Positions 52,611 to 64,000 of a stretch of DNA of 64,000 nucleotides are shown here, in pieces. The first letter of the stretch is position 1; the number at the start of each line of letters is the position of its first letter. The notes beneath the pieces were generated by a model. That model did not search any database and was not told the DNA's origin. It saw only the letters and a program-made list of their open reading frames with translations. The translations under genes were made by a program, and so were the position numbers. The stretch is from Thalia democratica (Eukaryota), in contig OZ241826.1 in the NCBI GenBank assembly GCA_965202585.1, positions 44,268,001 through 44,332,000 on the forward strand, written 5' to 3'.

Positions 52611-54828
52611 ATGAGTGAAAAAAAGGAAAACAAGTCGCTTCTTCTGGATACTGACAACGTTTCTCTGATAAGTAGAAATTCAACTTCTAATAAGTCAACG
52701 ACATCATTTATAAACGTTAAAGGTACAGGTGGAAGGCCATTCCATACAGCAGTTTCATGCGGATCGAATAAGTTAGGCGAGCTGGGAAACCATTTAGCTG
52801 AAGTTAACGTTCTACAAGCGGCAGAGCAAAGAAGGGCTGCTGAAGATTTGTTGGTTGACAAGGTTCTGAACGGAGGCTTCCGACTCCAGCTTAAAGTGCT
52901 TGAAAAAGTTTTACCGTCACTGGCGAATGATATTACCTTGGAAAAGCTTTCGAGAGAGATGCAAATTATTTTGAATGTTAGCCAGTTGACAGAGCATCGT
53001 CCCAGTGGAAAGCAATGCAAGCTTGGAAAATTTTCAGTATCCGAGGAATCGTTAAGAAAAGTTTATGAAATTGAAGAATCGAACAAAAACACAAATTTAG
53101 GCAGGAATTCAATACTAGACAAGCTGGATTTTTTTTTAAACATTCTCAAGCTGTAAGTGTACATTTGAGAAAGCTTGCCGAACTTTCAAAAGTTGTACCA
53201 AGTTAAATAAAATTCTGCAAAAATGTTTTTGATAACCTCCAGACTATTGTAAGACGCCAAGCAGTTACTGACGAGCCCTTTGCTGCTTTAAATATCAGAA
53301 AGTTAACCCGTTTGAAGAGCTTCCTGCCCTTGCATCCTCTCAGAAATTACAAATGTGCCAAACTGATTCACGAGTTCGGAACGGGATTTTATGTGGATTT
53401 TATCTCAAGTTTCTTCTCAAATGACGAGTTTGCTCCTAGTTATGTTCTTAGTAGCCTGTTGTGGATCAACTTCGAGAACTTGCACGTTGGCTTGAACTGT
53501 ATATTCCACTTCTGATTAAACTTAGTGGATTTTTTTCGAAGTTAGATGGAACAACATCACCCGATGATTAGGAAGAACTCTATTGTCATTTTCTGAGTGA
53601 ACAGGAGAAAATGTTATCGGAATTTAAGTTTTCTGACCCGCCTTGTGAAAATGTAGATTTTGCCTTTCAATTGATTTATATAGTCAATACCAGTGGCGTA
53701 GCGTGGTATTTTGGTCAGGGGGTGCGCAAATTTTTTTCTCAAAAAATCCTCTAAATTAAAACTTTTGTAATAAGCTATAAAAAAACTTTTTATAAGTAAT
53801 ATAATTGAAATAAATTTATGAAATAAAATAAGTTCGTTAACTGTTTAAAATAATATTTATATATTACAAAATTAAACAATTAAATAAAAGTAAAAATTTC
53901 ATTAGAATTACTTATACTTGCAAAAATGTATACTTACTTAATAAAAATTGTTTTTATAACTTATAGTAAACTTTATATCTTTAAAAATTAATATATTCAA
54001 TAAGACGAAAGTATCGGTTTTATTTACGAAAAAAATATCAATCTCTTTTATATACAATACAACAGTGATAACAACACCTCATTGCACATAATTTTAATAA
54101 AGTTACACTGAAGTTAAAATAGACCAACTTTATAACTGTTATTACAGTTTATTACAACTTTGTAAAATAGTAAAAAGTATACTTTTTAAATTTAATTCAT
54201 TTGATTGTATTTGTTTAAAATAAAAATCACAAACAATGTTTATTTCTCATAGGCCGACACGCTTATCTTGTCGGTTTACAAAAATAAAGTTGAGAAAACT
54301 AGCAATAGTCTTAACAATGTAGCATAAAAAAAAATGTAAAATTGTTTAATTTTTCTTTAAGCGTGACGTATTTTTGTAAACTTTTTGTAGAAAAATAATT
54401 TGCCATAAGGTTATACTACAGCGGTGCGCTATATTAATTGCGTACTTTTTGAGTCTAAATTCTTATGAAATTAATGAACTTATAAATTTTATCTTTATGG
54501 AGTTTTTCATCAACATCGGTGCGTATTTGCAATTACGCACCGAATCAGTATATTGAGTAATAACATGTACTTTCCTAACTTGTCACTAATTGGTATTCAA
54601 AATTTCGTTTAACTTTTTGAATACTAGATAAACATAGTTAAAAAAAGGCAAATTAAGCAGAAAAAATAAACTATAAAGGATAGAAATATTACATTCTTTT
54701 TTTTTAATTTTTCTTTTTTTGGGTGGCACGCATGCGCCAGTGTCCCTCCCCACGCTACGCCCCTGGTCAATACCCTTATTGTGGATGTGAGTTCGGAAAT
54801 CGGAGATCGGGTGTCGAAAATTTGGTAA
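52611..54828 (+). pseudogene. Orphan-family copy 1, disrupted
   Basis: Homologous to the 60152 ORF. 1-nt frameshift in the T/A run near 53130 giving TAA at 53154-53156, a further in-frame TAA near 53204, another frameshift near 53440-53460, and a hAT MITE inserted close to the C-terminus. Homologous stop at 54826-54828. Confidence 0.8.
53691..54765. mobile_element. Non-autonomous hAT-superfamily element (MITE), 1075 bp
   Basis: 16-bp TIRs CAGTGGCGTAGCGTGG / CCACGCTACGCCCCTG (1 mismatch) and a perfect 8-bp TSD GTCAATAC at 53683-53690 and 54766-54773. No transposase ORF. Confidence 0.9.
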
Positions 54829-56817
54829 AGTCTACTTACAAAGATGCATGTCAACAACCTAAACTTATAATAGTTTTGCTTTTATTTGATTGGTTTTTTG
54901 TTATTATGTGAACAAATTTTTCAGTTTATTTTGTTGTAGTTATCAAAATGTGTTGCAAAATATTATAGTTATGTTTAATAAAATCAGTAAAAAAATTAAC
55001 AGTTGTATTTATGTAAATATAGTTAATAACTAAATATATAATTCAAATTATAAATCAAAGTTAAAATGTAAAATCTCTCTTAAATTAGTTGTAGGTTCCG
55101 GTATACAAAAATACACTAAGGTTTTATTTTAAGCAGCTGTCTTATTGTTATGTTTAACGTAACATCCATTAGACAGTTTATAAAGTAGAAAATAAATAAG
55201 TCAAAACTAAAATAAAATAAATCAACAAGTATAACATGACCTTGTGTTTAATCATCAGGTTTATCGTTAAAATAGGAACAAACTGCAAAAATGTTCCTTA
55301 ACTAACAAATGCACACATGTCTACGCTTGCATAAAATATTGAATACAATAAAGAATAAAATAATTATACATTAACAGGGAAATTTAAAATACGACTGTAC
55401 TTTTTGTTATGTGGAAAGATAGTTGAACTATTTTAAGATTTATTAAATCTAAACGGTCATTTGAAAACTCTTTATCTCTAATGTGTAGCAACCCTTCATC
55501 TTATTTTAAAAAATTTAACTTAATATTTGAATTTTATTAAGTTTTTAGTTAAAAAAAATTTTGTTTTAGTTATTAGTAACTGATAAATACTAATAAAAAA
55601 CGATTTCTATATTAGTTTAAAAACGTTAAATTTTTTGACTTTAATAAAGCTACATAAATCAAAAAAAAAAACAGTTGTTTAAAAACAACAAAAGATTGTA
55701 AGTACATCAAAACTAGTCTAAAGTTTCGATATGAATGTGTAAAGCATGATTTATTTCTATAAGTTCCTAACTAGCTTACATCGCCTGGAGTTTTTGATCA
55801 AGTTAAAAAAAAACAGTTACAAATAATATAACTATGATGTATTATTACTCGTAAAAATAAAGTTTATTTACGTTTGTTTAAAAATCTTAACTATAAAGAA
55901 TCCGTTCCAGTAACTTTGTTCATTTTGTTACAACCTGCAGTCAGTTGTCAACATTAGCCAGAAAATAAAACATATTTCCTAATCCTTATATTTACGAACA
56001 CAACTGCAAAAAAAACAACAGTTATGGCAACTATGCCTTGAACAAATTTAAGTTGTTTCAGTCTGTATGTGTCAATTTCTACTACCATTATTAACCTTTC
56101 ATTATATGTATAAACATTTGTTCTTTTGGGGCTTATTTCAATGCTTAGTAATAAACTACTGAAATATGTTTCAAATTAGCTTGGTGTCTAAATATTAATT
56201 ATGTTTTAAATGTAGACATACATTGCTCAAATAATTAAATTAAAACGAAAAAGGCTTTTAAATCAATAGAGCTTTAAAAGTTTAACAATTTAATGTTGTA
56301 TTTAGAGTATTTTTTATTTAAATTTAATCTAATGATCTGCATTACTTTGATTAGTATTAGTGTCAAAAAAATTGTGTAAAACTAAATCTTAATGCAGTTG
56401 GTTTGTTGTGATGGCTAAAGTAGTTTTCGATATCTAATATTTTATCAAAGTAGATTATACATTTCCTTTATTAAATAGTTTCAACACCATTAACAAACTA
56501 GAATATAGATAGTAAAAAGCTATTTCATTCTGGTTATATTCTAAAAATATAACATAGCTAAAAAAATTTAACACTCTTTTACAGTCTTGAATAATTGTTA
56601 TATAGCAATTAAGTAGTTTAATGTTTTAAGGATAAAAACCACAAATCAGATGAAAACTTTTTTGTACAAATCTACAAGCACTCTTGTATATAAACCTCAT
56701 TAAGAAACCTTAAAAAAAATTTTTAGCAAAATTGTTTAATGTAAATGAATATTTTCTTGTATGCTTAACAAACTATTTTTTTTTTCAGTTTTGAACAAAA
56801 GTAAACAGTAGCTAAGT

Positions 56818-57944
56818 ATGAGTGAAAAAAAGGAAAATGTGTCGCTTTATCTGGATACCGGCAACGTTTCTCTGATAAGTGGAAATATGAGTTACAAAAA
56901 ACAATTGGCGCCCTTCATCAACATCAAAGGTACAGGCGGTGGAAGGCCAGTCCCTACAGCAGTGCCGTTCGGATCGAACGAGGTAGGCGAGCTGGGAAAC
57001 CATTCAGCTGAAGTTGTTGCTCTACAAGCGGCAGAGAAAATAAGGGCTGCTGAAGATACGTTGGTTGACAAGGTTCTGAACGGAGGCCTCCGACTTAAAT
57101 TTAAAGTTATTGAAAATGTTTTTCCGTCTTTGGCGAATGAGATTACCTAGGAAAAGCTTTCAAGAGAAATGCAAATTATTTTGAATGAAAGTAAGTTGAC
57201 AAAGCAGCGTCCTAGTCGAACGCAAAGCAAGCTTGAAAAACTTTCGAAGTCCAAGGAGTTTTTTTAATAAAAGCTGAAATAATTGGAGTATCGGAAAAAA
57301 ATATAAAGTTAAGCAACAATTTAGTGCTAAAGCAGATGGATTTTTTTTTAAAGATGCTCCAGCTGTAAAAGTACTTTTGGGCAGGCTTGCTGACCTTGTT
57401 TAAGTTATAACAATTTTTCAAAATTCTGCAAAAATATGATAGTAAATCTGAGGATTATAGTCGAACGCCAACCTGTTACTGACAAGCCCTTTGAATTTAC
57501 TATTGCTTTAAATGGTAGACACTTGATTTGTTTTCATACATACTTGCCCGAACGTCTTATCAAATAATAAAAATATGCCGATTTTTTTCACTCGTTCAGC
57601 AAATTCTACGTGAAATATTTTGCGAAATTTTCCGTCAAGAAACATTTTTGTACGCCTGTTGTGGTTCACATTTTCAAGAACTTGCATGTTGGCTTCAACT
57701 GTACATTCCACTGCTGGTAGAACTCGGAATCTCGGTTTCCCACGTAAACGGAAGAACATCACCCGGTGATTGGCAAGAACTTTATCGTGATTTTCAGAGT
57801 GAGCAAGAAAATACGATTTCTGAATTTAAATTTATTGGCTAGCTTTTTCAAAATTTAGATTTCGCCTATCATTCGATTTGTATCGTCGATGCTTTTATTA
57901 AGAAAGTGAGTATAAAAATTGGAGATCGAATTTCGATAAAGTAG
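56818..57944 (+). pseudogene. Orphan-family copy 2, disrupted
   Basis: MSEKKENVSLYLDTGN start homologous to copies 1 and 3. TAG at 57148-57150 (TTG in copy 1), further stops near 57265-57280, and frameshifts. Homologous stop at 57942-57944. Confidence 0.8.
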
Positions 57945-60130
57945 TAAAAACTGCCAACGAAATTGTATGTCAAAAACCAAAACTTGTGGTAGTTTTCTTT
58001 ATATTTGATTGCTTCTTTGTAACTATGTAAATAAACAAACCTTTCAGTTGGTTTTTTTGTTCTTAAATATTTGTTGCAAATTATTATCGTTTTTTTTTAA
58101 TAAGTTCAGATAAAATAAATTAAGAACAGTTGTATTATAGTAGTTATATCTTATATTTGTATGTATTTTTAATTTTCGAAAAGAGTTGAAATATAAAGGC
58201 TCTAATAAATGAGTCGTAGTTTCCGGTAATAAATAATACATTACGGTTTTATCTGGAACAGTTGTTTAACTAGTCTGTATAACAACAGACCATCAGTCAG
58301 TTTATTTAGTAAATAACAAATAAGCCCAAATAAACATAATTAAGCAAAATTTAGTTATATACTTTTTTTTAACGAAAAGTTTTTTTAAGCTTTATATTTA
58401 ATCAAAAGGACAAGAATAATTAATTTTTCTGTAACTTTCACTAGTCAATAAACCTGCAATTAATTTACAGAAAACAATTGGCCATTCAGTTAAAGTTGGC
58501 CAACTCTTTTTGTAGAAACAGTTTCATGCCTTTCTCTACTCCTAATCTAGTTTTACTTCGGTAAAAGAAAAAGTGCAATAACTCCGTATTAGACAAGTTC
58601 TACTTATAATAATTAACTTATCTTATTTATTTGTTTTTTATGTAATAAAAAAATAGTTTTATGCTGATGATCTGAAATAAAAGTATCATGTTATTGTAAC
58701 TTCGTCAAGGTTTTTTGTTTTTAAATAGTAAGTAAACCAGTCTTAGTTGTTTTCAGTATATTAAGACAGAAGTCCTAACCATTGGAATAAAAAGTTCTGT
58801 TAGTATTTGGATATTGTAAGTAATTGATATTAGACTCATAAAATTACTCATACTAGAATTTTTTTTTGAAGATAAAGTTTTTTTAATTATTAGTAACTGA
58901 TAAATACTAATAAAAAACTATTGCTATATTAGTTTAAATACGTAAAATTTTTTGAATTTAATAAAGCTACATAAAACAAAAAAAAATTAAAACAGTTGTT
59001 TAAAAACAAAACAAAAGATTGTAAATACATCAAAACAAGTCTTAAAGTTTCGAAATGATTAGGTAAAGCATGGTTCCTAACTAGCTTATATCGCCTTGAG
59101 TTTTTAATCAAATTAAAAAAAACAGTTACAAACAATAACACTATTATGTATCATACTCGTAAAAATAAAATTTATATACGTTTATTTAAAAATCTTAACT
59201 ATAAAGAATTCGTTCAAGTAACTTTGTTTATTTTGTTACAACCTGTAGTCATAATTGTCAAAATCAGCCAGAAAAAAAACATATTTCCTAATCCTTATAT
59301 TTACGAACACAACTGCAAAAAAAATCAATAGTTATGGCAACTATGCCTTGAACAGATTTAAGTTTTTTCAGCCTTGTGTGTCAAGTTCTACTACCATTAT
59401 TAAACTTCCATTATATGTATAAACATTTGTTCTTTTAGGGCTTATTTTAATGTTTAGTAATAAAATACTGAAATATGTTTTAAATTAGCTTGGTGTCTAA
59501 ATATTAATTATGTTTTAAATGTAGACATACATTGCTCAAATAGTTAAATTAAAACGAAAAAGGCTTTTAAATCGATAGAGCTTTAAAAGTTTAACAAGTT
59601 AACATTGTATTTAGAGTATTGTTTTATGTTATTAAAATTAATTATGATCTGCAATACTTTGATTGAAATTGGTGTCAAAAAAAATGTAAAACTAAATCTT
59701 AGTGCAGTTGGTTTGTTGTGATGGCTGGAGTAATTTCGATATCTAATATTTTATCAAAATATATTATATATATTCTTTATAAAATAATTTCAACACCATT
59801 AACAAACTAAAATATAGGTAATAGAAAGCTATTTCATTCTTGTTATATTCTAAAAGTATAACATATCTGAAAAAAATTAAACACTTTTTTACAGTCTTGA
59901 TTTATAATTATTAAGCAATTAAGTAGTTTAATTTTTTAAGGATAAAAACTACAAATCAGATGAAAACTTTATTGTACAAATCTAGAAGCATTCTTGTGTA
60001 TAAACCTTAATAAGAAACATTAAAAAAAAGTTTTTAGCAAAAAGTGTTTAATGTAAATTAATATTTTCTTGTATGCTTAACAAGCTGAATTCTTTTTTTT
60101 TCAGCTTTGACAAAAAATAAACAGCTAAGT

Positions 60131-61234
60131 ATGAGTGAAAAAAAATAAAATGTGTCGCTTCATCTGGATACCGGCAACGTTTCTCTGATAAGTGGAAATT
60201 CAACTTCTAACAAGTCAACGACATCATTTATAAACGTTAAAGGTACAGGTGGAAGGCCATTCCATACAGCAGTTCCATGCGGATCGAATAAGTTAGGCGA
60301 GCTGGGAAACCATTTAGCTGAAGTTAACGTTCTACAAGCGGCAGAGCAAAGAAGGGCTGCTGAAGATTTGTTGGTTGACAAGGTTATGAACGGAGGCCTC
60401 CGACTTCAGCTTAAAGTTCTTGCAAAAGTTTCACCGTCAGTGAAGGAGACTACCTTTGCCAAGTTTTCCAAAGAGATGCAAATAATTTTGAATGAAAGCC
60501 AGCTGACAGAGTACCGTCCTAATGAAAAGCAATGCAAGCAAGGAAAAGTTTCAAAACCAAAGGAATTGTTAGTAGATGAATCAAACAAAAACACAAGGTT
60601 AAGCAAAAGTTTGTATTTTTTCATTAAAGACGCTCAAGCTGTAAGTTTACTTTGGAGCGGACTTGCCGATCTTTGTAAAGTTATAGCACTTTTTACAGGA
60701 TTCTGTAAAAATATTTTTGAAAATCTTAAGGATATTGTAGGACGCCTACCAGTTGCTGACGGGTTCTTTGAAATTGCTGCTTCGAACATTAGACAGTTGA
60801 TTCGTATGAAGACCTGTCTGCCCATGCATCTTCTCGGAAAATACAAATGTGCCAAACATTTTTACGAGTTCAGCACGGGATATTACGTGGATTATTTCTT
60901 GTATTTCTTCGTCTACGACGATGCTGACTATCATCTTCATAAGAAATTTGTAGAATATCTTCAAGAACTTGCAAGCTGGCTTGAGCTGTTCATTCCGCTG
61001 CTGGTAAGACTAGGAACGTCGGTTTTCCACTTTAACGGGAGAACGTCTCGCGATGATTGGGAAGAACTTTACCGTGATTATCAAAATGAGCAAGGAAAAA
61101 CGAACTCGGAATTTAAATTTACTGCCTTGCCTGATCAAAATTTTCATTTTGCCTATCTGTTGACTTCTATTGTCGACGCCTTTATTAAGGATGTAGGTTT
61201 GGAACTGAAAGTAATGTGGAAAATGGAAAGTTAG
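60131..61234 (+). pseudogene. Orphan-family copy 3: intronless, nonsense at codon 6 but otherwise open 360-codon frame; possibly expressed as a 282-aa form from ATG 60386
   Basis: ATG AGT GAA AAA AAA TAA (60131-60148), where copy 2 reads ATG AGT GAA AAA AAG GAA. The frame is then open from 60149 to 61234. No recognisable domain; the C-terminal part looks helical. Confidence 0.65.
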
Positions 61235-61792
61235 ATGTCAAAAGTCAAGACTTGTTGAAATATTTTTATTATTATAATGCCTTTTCGTTATAATGTTAAC
61301 AAACTATTTAGTTGTTTTTTCTAGTTAATTGAATGTGCTGCAACTTGTTTTTGTTTAATAAATTCAATAAAAACAATAGAACAGTCGTATTATTGTAGTT
61401 ATACCTTATCTTTATATATATTGTGTAACTTTAGATGAAATTTGAAATAAAAGGCTCTATTCAATGAGGTGTAAGTTGCGGTATACAATAATACATTACG
61501 GTTTAGTCTAAAACATTTGACCATCAAACAGTTTGTTAATATAGATAATAGATATCTCAAAATAAATATCAAATTAAAGTATGTGTATTTATAAAAAACT
61601 TTAATTATTTTTTTAATTTACAACAACGACAAGAAAAATTTGAAATTTAAAAATCTTAAAATGATAAAATACCTGTAATTAATATACAAAATATGAGTAG
61701 TCACCCTGTTATTCTAGGTCAACCCTTTTTGTAGAAACAGCGCATGCCTTACCTATTTTTAATCTAGTTTTACTTCATTTAAAAAAAAAACA

Positions 61793-62650
61793 GGTAGCTG
61801 TCAAATTTGCACGAGCGTACAATATTGCACGAAGATACTTTCACTGTTACCCCTAACCCTTACCCTCGGTCAATATTTTTTTAAACATTATCTTTTATTC
61901 TTTTTTCTGTTGGTTTTTCTTTATTGTTTACTCTCGTTCAAACTTTTTGTACACCCTAATTCATCACAGAAAGGGTGCTATAGCTGTACATGTTTGTGAA
62001 ACATACTAAATTTTTTTATTGCACCCGAAAAAAAAGTTTTTATGTTTTGTGTTCGTATTTTTGGGTTTCTCTTACAGTAAAATTTCATATAATAATTGTT
62101 TATAAGTTTTGTTGTTTGCAAATAAAGTTTAAGAGAAATAACGATTTATAAAACATCTTGATAAAACTAAGATAACATAGTTTTGCACTTTTTATTTTCT
62201 TTAAGAAGTCATTACTTAAAAAGAAAGCACAATTCACTTCCGGTTAAGTACGCACGTTAAATTGCTCAAACACAAAGTAAGTATCCGACTGGAAGTGCTT
62301 ACCGAAAAATTTTGGTCTAAATATTACGGATAGGTGTTTAATATGAACAATGGGACACTTTTGCACGCATAATTTCTTTTTTTGTTAATTTTAATTTAAT
62401 TATTTTTTAACTCCTAACCCTTGGTCTGTTTTTTTTTTCTCTTTTGTTCTTTTAAGTATTACCGTTACCCCTAACCATTACCCTTGGTCGGTAATTCTGT
62501 TTAAAAATAATTTCTTTTTTATTTAGTTTTACTTAAAAGCAAAAATGACCTTTCGTGCAAAAATGTCTTTGTGTAAAAGAGATCTTTGTGCGAAACTGTC
62601 TTCGTTCAAAAGTATGTTAGTGCAAAAATGTCCCTTCGTGCAAAAGTTTC
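61793..62650. mobile_element. Degenerate non-autonomous element with subterminal inverted TGCACGA repeats; superfamily unassigned
   Basis: TTTGCACGAG/ATTGCACGAAG at the left end. Six tandem 16-18-bp units of the inverse motif (ttcgtgcaaaa..gtc) at 62551-62650. Internal duplicated gttacccctaacc.ttaccc at about 61846 and 62464. Interrupts the end of tandem unit 3. Right terminus and TSD not found. Confidence 0.5.
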
Positions 62651-63139
62651 TTCTTTACGTGTATAATATTTGTAATGTTTTAGAAAAATAAACTCAATTT
62701 ACTTTCGTTATTAAGATCGTTTTTTATATTTTTTTATACAAAATGTATACAGAAAAAAATAATAAACTTTCTCTAAACTTTTGAAAAAAAAAAAAACTCA
62801 TTTAATGTCCAAATATACCTAAGATCAAAGTTTTCAAAATTCTAATAGTTGTTATGCCAGTTGAGCACTGAAGCGTATATACTTTTTTGTTCATAGTTAA
62901 CAATCTCACGCTCGAGTAAATAAAGCAATCCTTTTTCTCATGTTTACCCATTGCTTTCGATTGCTTTCTTGACTTATATGTTCAACTTACCTTTTATGAC
63001 CAAAATGAATAGAAATTAAAAAAGAAAAAACAAGTTTTTCTAAGCTGTGCGTTCTCAACTGCAAACGACTGAACTGCACGCCAGCAACCTTTTTAAAACT
63101 CCATGTGTTATAAATTTAAGAAATAAAAAGGTCGATAGT

Positions 63140-63240
63140 AATGTATTGTCTATTGAACGAAAAATAAAAAATCTCATAATGTTTGGTCTGAAGACCTGGT
63201 GCACGAAAAAACCTTTCGGTTATCATGTCGCACACCACAT
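63140..63240 (+). repeat. Dispersed repeat family copy C
   Basis: gtttggtctgaagacctggtgcacgaaaaaacctttcggttatcatgtcgcacaccacat matches 10601-10661. Confidence 0.65.
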
Positions 63241-64000
63241 GGATGCCTTTTAACGTCTTGTCTAGGACAAGTACAGTAGCATAACTGCCATTTGAAATTT
63301 TATTGACTTAAAAATTTCTAAAGCATAAAATTTTAAGTTAAGAACAAAATTTATTAAGTGTTCAATACTCGCTATTTCTTCCAATCCTGGTTGGCAGGGG
63401 CAGCTCTAAAATAGTTTTCTAACTCCTATACTACCCATATAATAAAGAAAAATGAAAGAAAAGCTTTTAAGGTAGAAACCTTACATGTTTTAACATTTTT
63501 ACTTGTGCTTTCTTAATAATTAGTTATGTGTCAAACTTACAAATGTAAAAACAAAATAAAAAGTAGCACAACAATGTTGGGACACTTTGTAATCAGATTT
63601 AACTAGTTTTAAACCATAAATAAATGTGATATAGTAAATTTATAACTCATGAAAATTTATTTGAAAAAAGTAACCCGTATTAATTAAAAATATTAGATGT
63701 TGAAAGTCTGTATCTATATGAAATAGGTCTGTTTATGTTTAAGTTTAACAATAACTTGTTACCAGATAACTTTACAAATTACTATAAGAGTGTCCATAAC
63801 TATCATACAAGGTCTTCAGAAACAAACTTTTTCTTACCTATATTCAACAGCTAAAATGGTCATAAATCGCTATCCTACCAAGGAAATAGGTTATGGATTA
63901 AGTAACCATTATATCTAAAAAATATAAGTCATTTTGGAAAGTTCCAGGATGAACTTAAAAGTTATCTTTAAATAGTGATTCTAAAGGTCATTAGTGATCA

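Larger units (their letters stand above)
51750..61790 (+). repeat. Tandem triplication, unit about 3.1-3.3 kb
   Basis: Upstream, coding and downstream blocks recur. Examples: tagtaactgataaatactaataaaaaac at 55574 and 58891; gtagaaacag..catgcctt..aatctagttttacttc at about 58515 and 61732. ATG spacing is 4207 (including the MITE) and 3313. Confidence 0.85.

Noticed and set aside
62551-62650. Short tandem units as a possible CRISPR-like array
   Set aside because: Degenerate head-to-tail 17-mers without unique spacers, in eukaryotic DNA with no cas genes.

Overview
Eukaryotic (invertebrate metazoan-like) genomic DNA. The background is very AT-rich, introns are canonical GT-AG, and the two host-type genes have strongly GC3-biased exons. 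The species cannot be identified from the sequence alone. Contents: (1) A 6-exon + strand gene (15429-23363, 824 aa by my splice model). It joins an N-terminal domain resembling LINE (CR1/L2-group) ORF1p, plus a coiled coil, to two C2H2 zinc fingers and a PxDLS CtBP-binding motif. This is a candidate domesticated retrotransposon-domain transcriptional repressor and the most interesting item. (2) About 14 kb upstream and 23 kb downstream of gene desert dotted with CpG-rich non-coding islands carrying CRE, AP-1/ARE, E-box and ETS/IRF-like motifs. (3) A 5-exon chymotrypsin/elastase-like serine protease on the - strand (47959-46258) with a TATA box, a PTF1-like promoter element and two extra cysteines. 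(4) A tandem triplication (about 51.7-61.8 kb) of an intronless orphan gene. All three copies are lesioned, with a gene-conversion tract and a hAT MITE insertion. (5) Several non-autonomous mobile elements and small repeats. No rRNA, intact tRNA or CRISPR array was found. Gene models were built by hand from splice signals and frame continuity. Family assignments come from recalled motifs, not database searches.
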